The notes: generated from the sequence alone by a model not told the origin. A stretch of DNA of 64,000 nucleotides from Paraspadella gotoi (GCA_051294375.1 JBJCIZ010000239.1:663178-727177); one strand, 5' to 3'; positions 15,549-30,787 are shown, counted from the first letter of the stretch. Numbers and translations: made by a program.

Positions 15549-18152
15549 GCTCTCTGCTCTCTCTCTCTCTCTCAACTCCGTCCTATCCTCTCCTTGCTTC
15601 TTATTGACTAAGCGATCGAGAAATTTGATCTGGGATTAGAGATTTCTCTTGTCTTGACGAATCTTTTAAGACCTTTTCGCTTTGTCGCCGAAGGATAGAG
15701 CTGAGACTAAAGGAGAGAGAGAGAGAGAGAGGAGAGAGAGAATGAAACTTTCCCTTGCCGAATATTTCGTGTGAAAGGTAAACTTTTTTTCAAATTTAAC
15801 TAGGAATATAATTTTTTTTTTTAAATTCCTTTTCTTTATTTTTAAAAAGGAAAGAGTCATCCGCGATCATTTTTAGTATAGACTTGGTAGTCAAGTAATA
15901 CATTTAGGTCCCTTATTTCTTTGAGTATATCGCCGCTAATTGTTGGGGATTTAGATAAAAAGTTATTCCTCTTTGATATGATCTTCATTCTAGAGAGGTT
16001 GCTAATCAGGGGTGGGCCTTTTAATTAAGAAGGGTCCCTTATTTAAGATATCCCGCTCGTTTGCTGTGGTTTAGAAAATATAAAAATGCTTTTTCAGGTG
16101 TCAACTTTTTATCGTTGTACAAGATAGAAATTGCTTATTTTGAAGTGGCCGCTTAATTCTAAAAGGCTAAATGGCTGATATTTTACGTGATATGGTTGCT
16201 TCAACATTCAAAAAAATTTTCAATATTTAAAGTGATCTCTCATTGAAGTGGCAATGAATTTGGAAAATGCCCCCTAATTAGAAAGTGTATATTTTTCATT
16301 TAAGGTCGTCCCCTCTTTAAAGTTGTCGCTCACATGTTGAGATGACCCCTTAATATCTAAATTGAAACTCCCGCTGGAAATTTTGATTGAATCGAGTTTG
16401 GATCGACAAGCGACATAAGAGAAGAAATCATAGAGAAGAGGAATTCAAGCGTAAACAAAAAAAAGAATCTAGATGAAAAAAAAAAGGAAATGAATAAATG
16501 AATGAATGAATGAATCGCACATGATTTTTTTTTGTTGAAAGCTTAAAATCAGAGAAGATATAGTGTAAGAAGATATAACTGTAAGATATACTGTAGAACA
16601 CTGTAGATATTACTGCGTAAAACTGTAAGATATACAGTAGAACTGTAAAACTGTAAGTAAAGTAAACAAGTTTTGAGAAACAATGTCGGGTCTGCCTTAC
16701 GATAATTAATTAATTAATTAATCAATGTTAATTAACTTTATTTAAATATGTAATAACTCTAATTTTTAAATTTATATTCAACTTATCATCATGATGTCCT
16801 TAAAAATTGGGTTAGAACAGTTATTAATATGTTTTTGTTTTGCATTTTATCAAAAACAAAAGCAAATTCCTTTATTTTATTTTATGTCTCCTTGTACTCT
16901 CTCAGCTCTCCACTCTCTCTCTCTCTCTCTCTTCTTTTTATGCAATTGCGACGATCCTTATGCTTTTAAGAAATTTTTTTAACGTTGCATCATTTTTTTC
17001 ACATTAAATTAATTAATTAATTAACAAATTAATTAATTAAAACATTTATTAGTAATCATTAAATATTAAAGATTCAAGATATGTGAACTTTATGTTTTTT
17101 CCATCTAAACTCATTCCACTGGCAGCAAATTCCGTCAAAACTTTATATAATTATTATATAATTAATAAATATTTAAAAGCTTCAGTGCAACAACCCAATT
17201 GAACTAAATCAAAAAATTTACATTGAAAATCGATTTGTAGTAAAAGGAAAAAGGATTTTAAAGAGAACTAGGAGGTGAGAAAGTGTTCAATTTTGGCCCG
17301 CTTACTAGATATTAGGCCGGAAACAGGTTGAAAAACTTGAAGTTATCATCAAATGGTTAAATGGTCCTCAAATGGTTAAGCGACTATTAAATAATATGAA
17401 ATTGAAAAATAATTTTTAAAATTTTTGCTTCATCAATTTTTTTTATTAGATTCTGATAGAGCTTTAAAAAGTTAGATAAAGTTATTAATACAACTTTTTT
17501 TTGTTTTATTTATGAAAATTAAAAAAAAATTATAAATTCGCGCCAATAATGATGATGATGATAATTTTTAAGGTTTTTTCTATTTTTAACCAATTTATTG
17601 GTCAAAATTTGAATGAAAAATTATAGTACTTAAACTTTCCATTTAAACTTCTTAGCTCTACAAGAACCCTGTTAAAATATTTCCGTGTTTTCAAGTTCCC
17701 AAAAATCGTATGCTCTTTTTGCTAGGAACGTTTACTATATATCTAAGTGAAGAAACTTACCTTTTGTGAGAGGAAAAAAAAAAAACCGATCAAGTCGAAT
17801 ACTAGACGGACGCATCGTATTGCAGAGCCAACGCGAGAAAAAACCTGTCAAAACCAGAAGACAAGACGGCAATCAAAGGCTAAATGTTGAGACGTTATTT
17901 AGTTGTCATATCTATGAAAGTAAGAAAGGCAAAATCCCGATATTGATAAATTTTGTAGTAATAAATTTTGAAAATTTTCTTTTCGCCCAAAGAAAAACAG
18001 AAGGATGATCCATTTTCAATTGTATACCAAAAATGAAAGTGATTCATTTTTTCGAAAAAATAAATGTTTGTTTTGATTATAGCGGCTAAAAAAATGATTT
18101 AAGAATATTACTTGCGTTTATATTTGTAGAAGATAGAAATAAAGAGAGAGAA

Positions 18153-18194
<42 letters not shown>

Positions 18195-18200
18195 AGGAGC

Positions 18201-18232
<32 letters not shown>

Positions 18233-18654
18233 TAGAGAGAGAGAGAGGAGAGAAAGAAAGAAAGAAAAAAGAAAAGAAGAGAGAAAAGGAAAAGAGAGAA
18301 AGAAAGAAAGAAAGAAAGAAGAAGACGAGAAAGAAAGAATGTCCAGAGTCGTAAAACTGTAAAAGATATTCTTTTATAAGAAACAAAAGAAGGAAAGCCT
18401 TGCAAAGAGGTTGAGTAATTTCTCTACTTTTTTTTTTCTCTCTCTTCTTTCCATCAATCAGTCAAGCGATCCGTTCGCGCCTTGTCCTTCCCGTCCATAC
18501 ACTCTGGACGTTTATAATCCGATAACAATATTTTAAAGAATGATGCGTGTTAAGTTTTTTTTCGTGTTGCGTCGCGTCGATGGTCCAACTTTTGATGTTT
18601 CTTTTCTTCTTCCTCCTCCTCCTCGTTCTTCTTCCCTCCTCCTCCTTTTCTTTG
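9978..18654 (+). repeat. 8.7-kb tandem duplication, unit 1 (C-D-E-F)
   Basis: ORF track repeats at offsets 8715-8719 (11770/20485, 13442/22158, 15448/24167, 18108/26827); nearly base-identical from ~10980 onward. Confidence 0.95.
13905..14370 (-). pseudogene. Decayed Ty3/gypsy integrase core fragment
   Basis: Frameshifted AFVYG-IASFGVPTTV-DR...AYH..SNGLVKRFH on the minus strand; same sequence as 31812-32240 plus a ~56-bp insertion at ~14198-14253. Confidence 0.75.
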
Positions 18655-18863
18655 CACTTTTTCCCGGGATCTCTGGCGAGAACAGATCTACTCGACAGAA
18701 TCGACAAGACACGACATTAAGGCCGATTTTAAACCCTCCGAAAAATACGGGTCTATAAAAGGGGAGGACAAAACATAAAAACGATAAAAAATATATATCG
18801 CCGCCCGCCCGATGTAGTAATTAAAAAGGGAATGGCATTTCTTCGCTTTCTCTCTCCTCTCTC

Positions 18864-18899
<36 letters not shown>

Positions 18900-19764
18900 C
18901 TCTCTCTCTCTCTCTCTCTCTCGCTTTGTTAATAAGGTACTTGTGTCGGAGGCAGGGAAACGAGTCGGCGTCCATCTCGAGATAAGCGGCTCGAAAAAGA
19001 AACGAAGTAACAAAGAGAGAATGGAAGATGGGAAGAGAGAGGAAAAGGAAGGTAGGAAAGTGGAAGAGAGAGAAAAAGGAAGGTAGGAAAGTGGAAGAGA
19101 GAAGGAAAAGGAGGTGGAAGGAAGAGAGGAAAATGTTGTAAAGTGGAAGAGAGAGGGAAAAAGAGATGGTGGAAACTGGAAAGGAAGTGAGAGAAAAAAG
19201 GGAAAGTTAGAAAGATAACGATGGGAATGCTGGAAAAATGGAAATGATGGAAACAATAGAAATGCTGAAAACGCTGGAAATGATGGAAAAGATGAAAACG
19301 ATGGAAATGCTGAAAACGATATGACAAAAGTTGGTGGAAAAGTGAAAGAATTTTCAGTTTTCACGGTATAAGCGACATTTAAAATTTCAGTGGCCGCAGT
19401 TAAATGCAGACACCGGTAGAGATATGAAGAGAAGAAGCGGAAATTTTAGGAAGAAGCGGAGATTACAAAGGAGAAGCGGAAATTATAAGAAGAAGCGTAG
19501 ATTTGAAGCGGAGAACCGATCGAAGAGGGCGAGCTGTTAATTAATCGAAAGGATTATTCGTTTGTCAAGATTCGAGAGAGGCTGGCTCGCTCTTCCTGTT
19601 TATCTGCCCGCCTACTTAGGTGTGCGGGGAAATTATGACGGTTTGAAGTGGAGAGAGAGAGAGGGAGAGAGANNNNNNNNNNNNNNNNNNNNNNNNNGGG
19701 GGATAGAGAGAGAGAGAGTACAGAAGAGAGAGTGAGAGAGAAGGAAATGAAGAGAAAAAAGTGA

Positions 19765-19846
<82 letters not shown>

Positions 19847-19928
19847 AAGAAGGAGAAAAAGTGAGATGGAGAGAAAGAAGAGAGAGAGAGAGACGAGAGA
19901 GAGAGAGAGAGAGAGAGAAGAGAGAGAT

Positions 19929-19992
<64 letters not shown>

Positions 19993-20782
19993 GAGGAGAG
20001 AAGAATGGGAGATGAATTTAGTAAAACAGCCAAACAGTATAATAGATAGGTATCCATATAGTAACTCTCACTTAACAAATTAATTGATTTAGAACCGGAG
20101 GCTTTTTTTTTCGAATCATCAAATTTTTTTCCCATTAAAAATTCAAAATAATAAAAAAAATGTTTTTTTATTTTTTTCCTAAAAACGAGACGAGATTAAT
20201 GTTCATTTTTTGGGGAGGAATTCTGGTCGGCTGGCGGCCTTCGACGGAAATTTATGGCTTCTAAAATATTATTGAAATCGATGGACAACTTATCCAAAAC
20301 TGGTTGTACTTATCCTATGGAAAAATTATAGATTATCTGTTTTACGTGTTAGATTAAAAATTAAAATGAATAAAGAAAGTCGAGTATATTTGACATAAGT
20401 ATTAAATTTAACTATTATATATTTAATTTTTAATAACGTAATGGGGACATTGATGTTAGTGTAATATTTAATGTAGCCGAATTACTAAACTAAATCTTCA
20501 GTATTACATTTAATACTAAAATAATCTAATGACCTATACATTAATACATTAATACCCCCTGAAAAAAAAAATTTAGCATTGCCCGAGAATAAAAAAATTC
20601 GGGTGAGATAAATGAAATAAAATAGAAATAAAATCGGGATAAAAATAAAATTGTCTTCCACCGAAAGGAAATCTCGCCTTTTTGACGCGGAGAGAAAAAA
20701 AAGACGAAAACGATCATCCTTCAGACCAGAAGTTTGACTCTTTTTGGAGGAGAGAGAGAGAGAGCAGCAGAGAGAGAACAAG

Positions 20783-20872
<90 letters not shown>

Positions 20873-21163
20873 GTAATAGATTCTGATTTATTTATATCTT
20901 TGATGTCTCCTTTTTTTTTTGGAAGAGACGTTTTTTCCCGGCGACGGACGACGCACGACGACGAAACGACGAACGACGGACGACCGATCGACGAGACGAA
21001 CAAAACGGACGACGATGATTATTACTGACACTAAAAAAAAACTTGATTTTGAATTTTTATTCGATGATTTTAGGTTAATTTTTCTTTTCTTAATTATTAT
21101 GTCTTATTCTGCTGTTCTGTCCTCCGGTCTTTATTCTCTTATTTCTCACTTCTCTCACTCTCT

Positions 21164-21223
<60 letters not shown>

Positions 21224-21367
21224 ATCTCTCTCTCTCTCTTTCGTTTTTCTTTCTTTTTCTTTCTGTTCTTTCTTTCTTTCTTTTCTTTCTTCTTTCTTTC
21301 TTTCTTTTCTTTTCTTTGTTTCTTTCTATTTTCTTTCTTTCTTTTTTCTATTTCTTTCTATAATTTA

Positions 21368-21458
<91 letters not shown>

Positions 21459-24070
21459 CGTAGTTAAACTTATCATCGCGTTAAAAACGATCACCTTATC
21501 TTCCCACGTCAATATTTACTTGCGGCGTTTAGAAAGGAAAACAAAACTCAGTTTAAAAAACTTTTTTTTCTCATCCATATCGTCTCGTCTTTTGTTTCAG
21601 GTTTTCAGGTCAATCAATCAATTGACGCGATTCAAATGGCGATGGAAATTCTTCATGGCAGTTCGCGTCTTTAGAATTAGAATCGCTCTCTTATCAGTTC
21701 CCTTAAGTTTGAAAGAGCTTACTAGAATCATATAATTACGCAATCGCATCGAATAAAGTAACAATTAGGAACATAGCCAATGATTATCTTCATCTTTATG
21801 AAAAAAAAACGATGTATTATGCCGTTAGCTCTAAAAACAACATGTAAAAAATAAATTCTTAAGTCCATGATGCCAAAAGGCGCAGGAGCAACGAACGTTG
21901 GAATAAATCGCTGTCCTTGTTTTTAACCCTTACAATTTTTGCAGCGCTCGTTTCGCCGTCAGAGAACGGCAACGGGACGCCTTCCTTTCGACCTATAGGT
22001 CACCTTCACACGCGGTTATCCGCAGACAACATTCACGAAAAACAACAGACTCAGGACACTTAGCAACCAATATACTCGCACACACACTCGCAGAAACTTT
22101 GGAAATAGACGGGGGAACTTTCTGCACCAAGGTGGGGTAAGACAACGATATCCCCGTGTGGTTTCTCGATGGATTGTGGTCTCATCTCTCTCCTTCTCTA
22201 TCTCATTTCATCCTCTCTCTCTGCTCACTCTCCTCACTGACATCTCTCCCAACGAAATAACAACTAGTAGAAACCGACCAGCTACTCACATCACTCATAT
22301 ACACACCGCTATTAGAACAGAGGAGTATAGCCCGCCTTGCGATGGCCTTTTTTTCGTAGACACGACCCATTTTTTATCTAATATTACCGAATTTTTTGAG
22401 TTAAAGATTAGGTTTAGATTAGGCTAAGGGATTTGGTCTGAGGTAAGGTTAGTGATTTAAAGTTAAAGGACTTGGTTAGTGTTTACGGAATACCATTTAG
22501 GGTCAAAGATTATAAATTCGGAATTATGGGGTTATGGAGGCATGGCGCAAAAATTATGGTTAAGAATTCGTTTATATATTTAAAAATAATATATATAATA
22601 ATATAGCTTTTGAGTTTGACTCTGGGCGCTTTTTTACCGACAAAACCTCCCAAACTTGCTGGCGTTGCCGCGTTGATAGACTCCGCAAAGATGTCGCCCG
22701 GGAATGGCGATTGCTTTGCTGTTATGCACTATCGGGTCTGAGCCGTTGTTCTTATGTCTAGGAGTGAGCAGGTAAAGCGCCAAGATCAGATTACCCTGGG
22801 TGGTAGGCGCCGAGGGCGATCAACTCCACTTCAGGCGAGTACGCATGAAACCGCTTGACCAGTCCGTTAGACTGCGTGTGGTAAGCGTCGTTAAATTATC
22901 GGAGATTTTCCCCTCTCTTTGCTTCGATTTAGTCTTTATGTTTTTTATTTGTTCCCCCCCCTTCCCCCCACGATTCGAGGAGTTGGGAGTCATGTTGACG
23001 GACAAGAAATTGCGAGCCACTCTGTCAGTCAGAGACGGTGGTTGGGACGCCGAATGATGCGATCCCACCATAGACAAAAGCCGTCAGTATACGGTTAAAT
23101 ATTAAATTAATACTAAAAATTATGGAGGGATAAAACAGAAATTGGGGCCACTCCTCGAAAAGAGAGCTCCTCCCTCTCTCTTGTCTCACCCTTAAAAAAA
23201 AATGCAACGGACCGTAGGACGGACGATCGCTTCGGTCTACGAAGGAAGAGAAACAAGGAGAAAATCATTGAAGAAGAGAAAAAATTGAAAGACAGGTAGG
23301 GGGAGATTTCATGTGAGAAAATAGTTAGGGTTGTTGTGTTCAGGTGGATGAGCAGAAAATGGTACCATATTCTATTGTCAATTTCGTGTCAATTTCGTAG
23401 AAGGGGATATCACGGTTTTCATGTAAAGATTTGAAAGGACGTTAAAAAGTTTTTTGACATACATAGTGACAAAAATTAAGTCTAGATTACAAGGTCGCAA
23501 TGGTTGCATAGTTTTTGCTTGGAAGAAGCTTCGTGATATATATATTAGCTTTTTAAAAGTATCGAATCCAAGATATACTGTAGAATCTTAAGTATAGATA
23601 ATTTATTTGTAAATTGACAAACCAGGTATTATATGTCGGGGGGGAAAATTGTTAATTTATTAACGTATGATTAATTTAATCAAAATTCTAATAGGAAGAA
23701 TCTTAAATGCTCAAGATTCTTGATTCCTTGGAACAATTTCAAATTAATTAGGATGGACTCCGTAAAAGATTTCCGAGCGACGTTTAACTCCGACGATGCC
23801 AATCGGGGCGCTCGGGCAGACAAAGGATGGAACTAAAAAGTCATGGGGCCGACGGACAAGCCAACCAGAATGTCTAAGTCTTCTCTCGATTAGCTGGAAA
23901 TCGAGGCGGCGATAGGATGGAACCATCAGAGAGGGATAAAATCTGAGATCAATTTAATAGGACGAGTCAATAATACGTTATCTAAATTAGCAGAGTTGGC
24001 AACAGACGGTTAGAAGGGGGGACCAGAGAGAGAGAGAGAAGAGAGAGAGAGAGTTATGAGAGAAGAGAAG

Positions 24071-24116
<46 letters not shown>

Positions 24117-24229
24117 ACGGAGTGGGGTGTTTTAGAAAAAGAAGAGAGTTTTAAAAAAAGCACGAATTGAGAAAAGCTTTTTCGCATAAATTTTTTTTAC
24201 ACACAAAGCCATCGGCTTACTTTCGGAAA

Positions 24230-24267
<38 letters not shown>

Positions 24268-26871
24268 GCTCTCTGCTCTCTCTCTCTCTCTCAACTCCGT
24301 CCTATCCTCTCCTTGCTTCTTATTGACTAAGCGATCGAGAAATTTGATCTGGGATTAGAGATTTCTCTTGTCTTGACGAATCTTTTAAGACCTTTTCGCT
24401 TTGTCGCCGAAGGATAGAGCTGAGACTAAAGGAGAGAGAGAGAGAGAGAGGAGAGAGAGAATGAAACTTTCCCTTGCCGAATATTTCGTGTGAAAGGTAA
24501 ACTTTTTTTCAAATTTAACTAGGAATATAATTTTTTTTTTTAAATTCCTTTTCTTTATTTTTAAAAAGGAAAGAGTCATCCGCGATCATTTTTAGTATAG
24601 ACTTGGTAGTCAAGTAATACATTTAGGTCCCTTATTTCTTTGAGTATATCGCCGCTAATTGTTGGGGATTTAGATAAAAAGTTATTCCTCTTTGATATGA
24701 TCTTCATTCTAGAGAGGTTGCTAATCAGGGGTGGGCCTTTTAATTAAGAAGGGTCCCTTATTTAAGATATCCCGCTCGTTTGCTGTGGTTTAGAAAATAT
24801 AAAAATGCTTTTTCAGGTGTCAACTTTTTATCGTTGTACAAGATAGAAATTGCTTATTTTGAAGTGGCCGCTTAATTCTAAAAGGCTAAATGGCTGATAT
24901 TTTACGTGATATGGTTGCTTCAACATTCAAAAAAATTTTCAATATTTAAAGTGATCTCTCATTGAAGTGGCAATGAATTTGGAAAATGCCCCCTAATTAG
25001 AAAGTGTATATTTTTCATTTAAGGTCGTCCCCTCTTTAAAGTTGTCGCTCACATGTTGAGATGACCCCTTAATATCTAAATTGAAACTCCCGCTGGAAAT
25101 TTTGATTGAATCGAGTTTGGATCGACAAGCGACATAAGAGAAGAAATCATAGAGAAGAGGAATTCAAGCGTAAACAAAAAAAAGAATCTAGATGAAAAAA
25201 AAAAGGAAATGAATAAATGAATGAATGAATGAATCGCACATGATTTTTTTTTGTTGAAAGCTTAAAATCAGAGAAGATATAGTGTAAGAAGATATAACTG
25301 TAAGATATACTGTAGAACACTGTAGATATTACTGCGTAAAACTGTAAGATATACAGTAGAACTGTAAAACTGTAAGTAAAGTAAACAAGTTTTGAGAAAC
25401 AATGTCGGGTCTGCCTTACGATAATTAATTAATTAATTAATCAATGTTAATTAACTTTATTTAAATATGTAATAACTCTAATTTTTAAATTTATATTCAA
25501 CTTATCATCATGATGTCCTTAAAAATTGGGTTAGAACAGTTATTAATATGTTTTTGTTTTGCATTTTATCAAAAACAAAAGCAAATTCCTTTATTTTATT
25601 TTATGTCTCCTTGTACTCTCTCAGCTCTCCACTCTCTCTCTCTCTCTCTCTTCTTTTTATGCAATTGCGACGATCCTTATGCTTTTAAGAAATTTTTTTA
25701 ACGTTGCATCATTTTTTTCACATTAAATTAATTAATTAATTAACAAATTAATTAATTAAAACATTTATTAGTAATCATTAAATATTAAAGATTCAAGATA
25801 TGTGAACTTTATGTTTTTTCCATCTAAACTCATTCCACTGGCAGCAAATTCCGTCAAAACTTTATATAATTATTATATAATTAATAAATATTTAAAAGCT
25901 TCAGTGCAACAACCCAATTGAACTAAATCAAAAAATTTACATTGAAAATCGATTTGTAGTAAAAGGAAAAAGGATTTTAAAGAGAACTAGGAGGTGAGAA
26001 AGTGTTCAATTTTGGCCCGCTTACTAGATATTAGGCCGGAAACAGGTTGAAAAACTTGAAGTTATCATCAAATGGTTAAATGGTCCTCAAATGGTTAAGC
26101 GACTATTAAATAATATGAAATTGAAAAATAATTTTTAAAATTTTTGCTTCATCAATTTTTTTTATTAGATTCTGATAGAGCTTTAAAAAGTTAGATAAAG
26201 TTATTAATACAACTTTTTTTTGTTTTATTTATGAAAATTAAAAAAAAATTATAAATTCGCGCCAATAATGATGATGATGATAATTTTTAAGGTTTTTTCT
26301 ATTTTTAACCAATTTATTGGTCAAAATTTGAATGAAAAATTATAGTACTTAAACTTTCCATTTAAACTTCTTAGCTCTACAAGAACCCTGTTAAAATATT
26401 TCCGTGTTTTCAAGTTCCCAAAAATCGTATGCTCTTTTTGCTAGGAACGTTTACTATATATCTAAGTGAAGAAACTTACCTTTTGTGAGAGGAAAAAAAA
26501 AAAACCGATCAAGTCGAATACTAGACGGACGCATCGTATTGCAGAGCCAACGCGAGAAAAAACCTGTCAAAACCAGAAGACAAGACGGCAATCAAAGGCT
26601 AAATGTTGAGACGTTATTTAGTTGTCATATCTATGAAAGTAAGAAAGGCAAAATCCCGATATTGATAAATTTTGTAGTAATAAATTTTGAAAATTTTCTT
26701 TTCGCCCAAAGAAAAACAGAAGGATGATCCATTTTCAATTGTATACCAAAAATGAAAGTGATTCATTTTTTCGAAAAAATAAATGTTTGTTTTGATTATA
26801 GCGGCTAAAAAAATGATTTAAGAATATTACTTGCGTTTATATTTGTAGAAGATAGAAATAAAGAGAGAGAA

Positions 26872-26913
<42 letters not shown>

Positions 26914-26919
26914 AGGAGC

Positions 26920-26951
<32 letters not shown>

Positions 26952-27374
26952 TAGAGAGAGAGAGAGGAGAGAAAGAAAGAAAGAAAAAAGAAAAGAAGAG
27001 AGAAAAGGAAAAGAGAGAAAGAAAGAAAGAAAGAAAGAAGAAGACGAGAAAGAAAGAATGTCCAGAGTCGTAAAACTGTAAAAGATATTCTTTTATAAGA
27101 AACAAAAGAAGGAAAGCCTTGCAAAGAGGTTGAGTAATTTCTCTACTTTTTTTTTTCTCTCTCTTCTTTCCATCAATCAGTCAAGCGATCCGTTCGCGCC
27201 TTGTCCTTCCCGTCCATACACTCTGGACGTTTATAATCCGATAACAATATTTTAAAGAATGATGCGTGTTAAGTTTTTTTTCGTGTTGCGTCGCGTCGAT
27301 GGTCCAACTTTTGATGTTTCTTTTCTTCTTCCTCCTCCTCCTCGTTCTTCTTCCCTCCTCCTCCTTTTCTTTGC
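18655..27374 (+). repeat. 8.7-kb tandem duplication, unit 2
   Basis: Matches unit 1; both units end at ...ctccttttctttgc. Confidence 0.95.
22621..23086 (-). pseudogene. Decayed gypsy integrase fragment (duplicate of 13905-14370)
   Basis: Identical copy inside the tandem duplication. Confidence 0.75.
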
Positions 27375-27389
27375 GAGAGAGAGAGAGAG

Positions 27390-28111
27390 AATGGAGATGA
27401 ATTTAGTAAAACAGCAAACAGTGAGAAATAAGATAGGTATCCATTATTAGTAACTCTCACTTAACAAATTAATTGATTAGAACCGGAGGCTTTTTTTTTC
27501 GAATCAATCAAATTTTTTCCCATTAAAAATTCAAAATAATAAAAAAAATGTTTTTTTTTATTTTTTCCTAAAACGAGACGAGATTAATGTTCATTTTTTG
27601 GGGGAGGAATTCAGAAGTCTCGCTGGCGGCCTTCGACGGAAATTTATGGCTTCTAAAAATATTATTGAAATCGATGGACAACTTATCCAAAACTGGTTGT
27701 ACTTATCCTAGGAAAAATTATAAGATTACTTGTTTTACCGTGTTAGATTAAAAATTTAAAATGAATAAAAAAGTCGAGTATATTTGACATAAGTATTAAA
27801 TTTAACTATTATATATTTAATTTTTAATAACGTAATGGGGACATTGATGTTAGTGTAATATTTAATGTAGCCGAATTAACTAAACTAAATCTTCAGTATT
27901 ACATTTAATACTAAAATAATCTAATGAACCTATACATTAATACATTAATACCCCCTGAAAAAAAATTTAGCATTGCCCGAGGAATAAAAAAATTTCGGGT
28001 GAAGATAAAATAGAAATAAAATAGAAATAAAATCGGGAATAAAAAATAAAATTGTCTCCCACCGAAAGGAAATCTCGCCTTTTGACGTCGGAGAGAAAAA
28101 AGAGAAAACAG
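27390..28111 (+). repeat. Fourth copy of module D
   Basis: Matches 6588-7320, 11289-12000 and 20004-20715; ends at an N gap. Confidence 0.9.
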
Positions 28112-28808
28112 NNNNNNNNNNNNNNNNNNNNNNNNNNNNNNNNNNNNNNNNNNNNNNNNNNNNNNNNNNNNNNNNNNNNNNNNNNNNNNNNNNNNNNNNN
28201 NNNNNNNNNNNNNNNNNNNNNNNNNNNNNNNNNNNNNNNNNNNNNNNNNNNNNNNNNNNNNNNNNNNNNNNNNNNNNNNNNNNNNNNNNNNNNNNNNNNN
28301 NNNNNNNNNNNNNNNNNNNNNNNNNNNNNNNNNNNNNNNNNNNNNNNNNNNNNNNNNNNNNNNNNNNNNNNNNNNNNNNNNNNNNNNNNNNNNNNNNNNN
28401 NNNNNNNNNNNNNNNNNNNNNNNNNNNNNNNNNNNNNNNNNNNNNNNNNNNNNNNNNNNNNNNNNNNNNNNNNNNNNNNNNNNNNNNNNNNNNNNNNNNN
28501 NNNNNNNNNNNNNNNNNNNNNNNNNNNNNNNNNNNNNNNNNNNNNNNNNNNNNNNNNNNNNNNNNNNNNNNNNNNNNNNNNNNNNNNNNNNNNNNNNNNN
28601 NNNNNNNNNNNNNNNNNNNNNNNNNNNNNNNNNNNNNNNNNNNNNNNNNNNNNNNNNNNNNNNNNNNNNNNNNNNNNNNNNNNNNNNNNNNNNNNNNNNN
28701 NNNNNNNNNNNNNNNNNNNNNNNNNNNNNNNNNNNNNNNNNNNNNNNNNNNNNNNNNNNNNNNNNNNNNNNNNNNNNNNNNNNNNNNNNNNNNNNNNNNN
28801 NNNNNNNN

Positions 28809-30493
28809 AAGAAGAGGAGGAGGAGGAAGAGGAAGAAACATCAAAGTGACCATCGACGCGACGAACACGAAAAAAAACTTTAACGATCATCTTAAAATAT
28901 TTGTTTATGGATTATAAACGTCAAGTGTATGGACGGAGGGACAAGCGAACGGATCGCTTGACTGATTGAGGGAAAGAGAGAGAGAGAAAAAATTACTCAC
29001 CTCTTTGGAAGGCGTCCTTCTTTTGTTTTCTATAAAGAATATCTTTTACAGTTTTACGACTCNNNNNNNNNNNNNNNNNNNNNNNNNNNNNNNNNNNNNN
29101 NNNNNNNNNNNNNNNNNNNNNNNNNNNNNNNNNNNNNNNNNNNNNNNNNNNNNNNNNNNNNNNNNNNNNNNNNNNNNNNNNNNNNNNNNNNNNNNNNNNN
29201 NNNNNNNNNNNNNNNNNNNNNNNNNNNNNNNNNNNNNNNNNNNNNNNNNNNNNNNNNNNNNNNNNNNNNNNNNNNNNNNNNNNNNNNNNNNNNNNNNNNN
29301 NNNNNNNNNNNNNNNNNNNNNNNNNNNNNNNNNNNNNNNNNNNNNNNNNNNNNNNNNNNNNNNNNNNNNNGATCCTTTCATTTTTGGTATACAATTGAAT
29401 ATGGATCGATTTCTGTTTACTTTGGGCGAAAAAGAAAATTTTAAATTTATTACTACAAAGTTATCCAATGGATTTGCTTTTTACTTTCATAGATATGACA
29501 ACTATAACGTCTCACTTAGCCTTTGATGCGTCTTGTCTTCTGTTTTGGACAGGTTTTTTCTCGGTTGGCTGAATACGATGCGTCCGTCTGTATTCGATTG
29601 ATCGGTTTGAGACAGTTCTTCTACTTCTTTTTTTACTTTACTACAGTTCTACAGTTCTACAGTATATCTACAGTTCTACAGTATATCTACAGTTCTACAG
29701 TATATCTACAGTATATCTTATACTACTATATCTTCTCTGATTTAGCTTTCAACAAAAAAAAATCATTCATTCATTCATTCATTTATTCATTCATTCTTAT
29801 TTTTTCATCTTGATTCTTCGTTTTTTTTACGCTTGAATTCCTTTCCTTATGATTCTTCTCTTATGTCGCTTTCGATCCAAACTCGATTCAATCAAAATTT
29901 CCAGCGGGAGTTTCAATTTAGATATTAAGGGGTCATCTCAAATTAGCGACAACTTTGAAAGAGGGGGACGACCTTAAATGAAAAATCCTTTCTAATTAGG
30001 GGCATTTTCAAATTCATTGCCACTTCACTTTAAATATTGAAATTTTTCTTGATGTGTGGAATAGCAACCATTCACGTAAAATTATCAGCATTTAGCCTTT
30101 TAGAATAAGGCGCACTTCAAATAGGCAGCAACTTGTACAACGATAAAAATGAACTGAAGGACAAAAAGGCATTTTATATTATTTCTACCAAAAGCAAACG
30201 AGGGGATATCTTAAATAAGGACCCTTCTTATTCTTAATTAAGAGCACCCCTGATTAGCAACTCTCAGAATGAAGATCCATCTCAAAAGAGGAATAACTTT
30301 AATAAATCACCCAAATTAGCGGCTACTCAAAGAGTAGGACTAAACTTACTTGACTACCAAGTCTATTACTAAAAATGATCGAGTGACTTTTCCTTTAAAA
30401 TAAAGAGAAAGGAATTTAAAAAAAAAAATCTATTCCTAAGTAAATTTGAAAAAAGTTTACCTTTCAACACGAAATATTGGCAAGGGAATTCAT

Positions 30494-30558
<65 letters not shown>

Positions 30559-30719
30559 CCTCTTTAGTCTCAGCTTTATCCTTCGGGGACAAAGCGAAAA
30601 GTAAAAGATCGTCAACAGAGAAATCTTTAATCCCAGATCAAATTCCTCGAGTCGCTTAGTCAATAAGAAGTAAGAGGATAGGGACGAGAGGAGAGAGAGG
30701 AGGAGAGAGAGAGAGAGAG

Positions 30720-30787
<68 letters not shown>

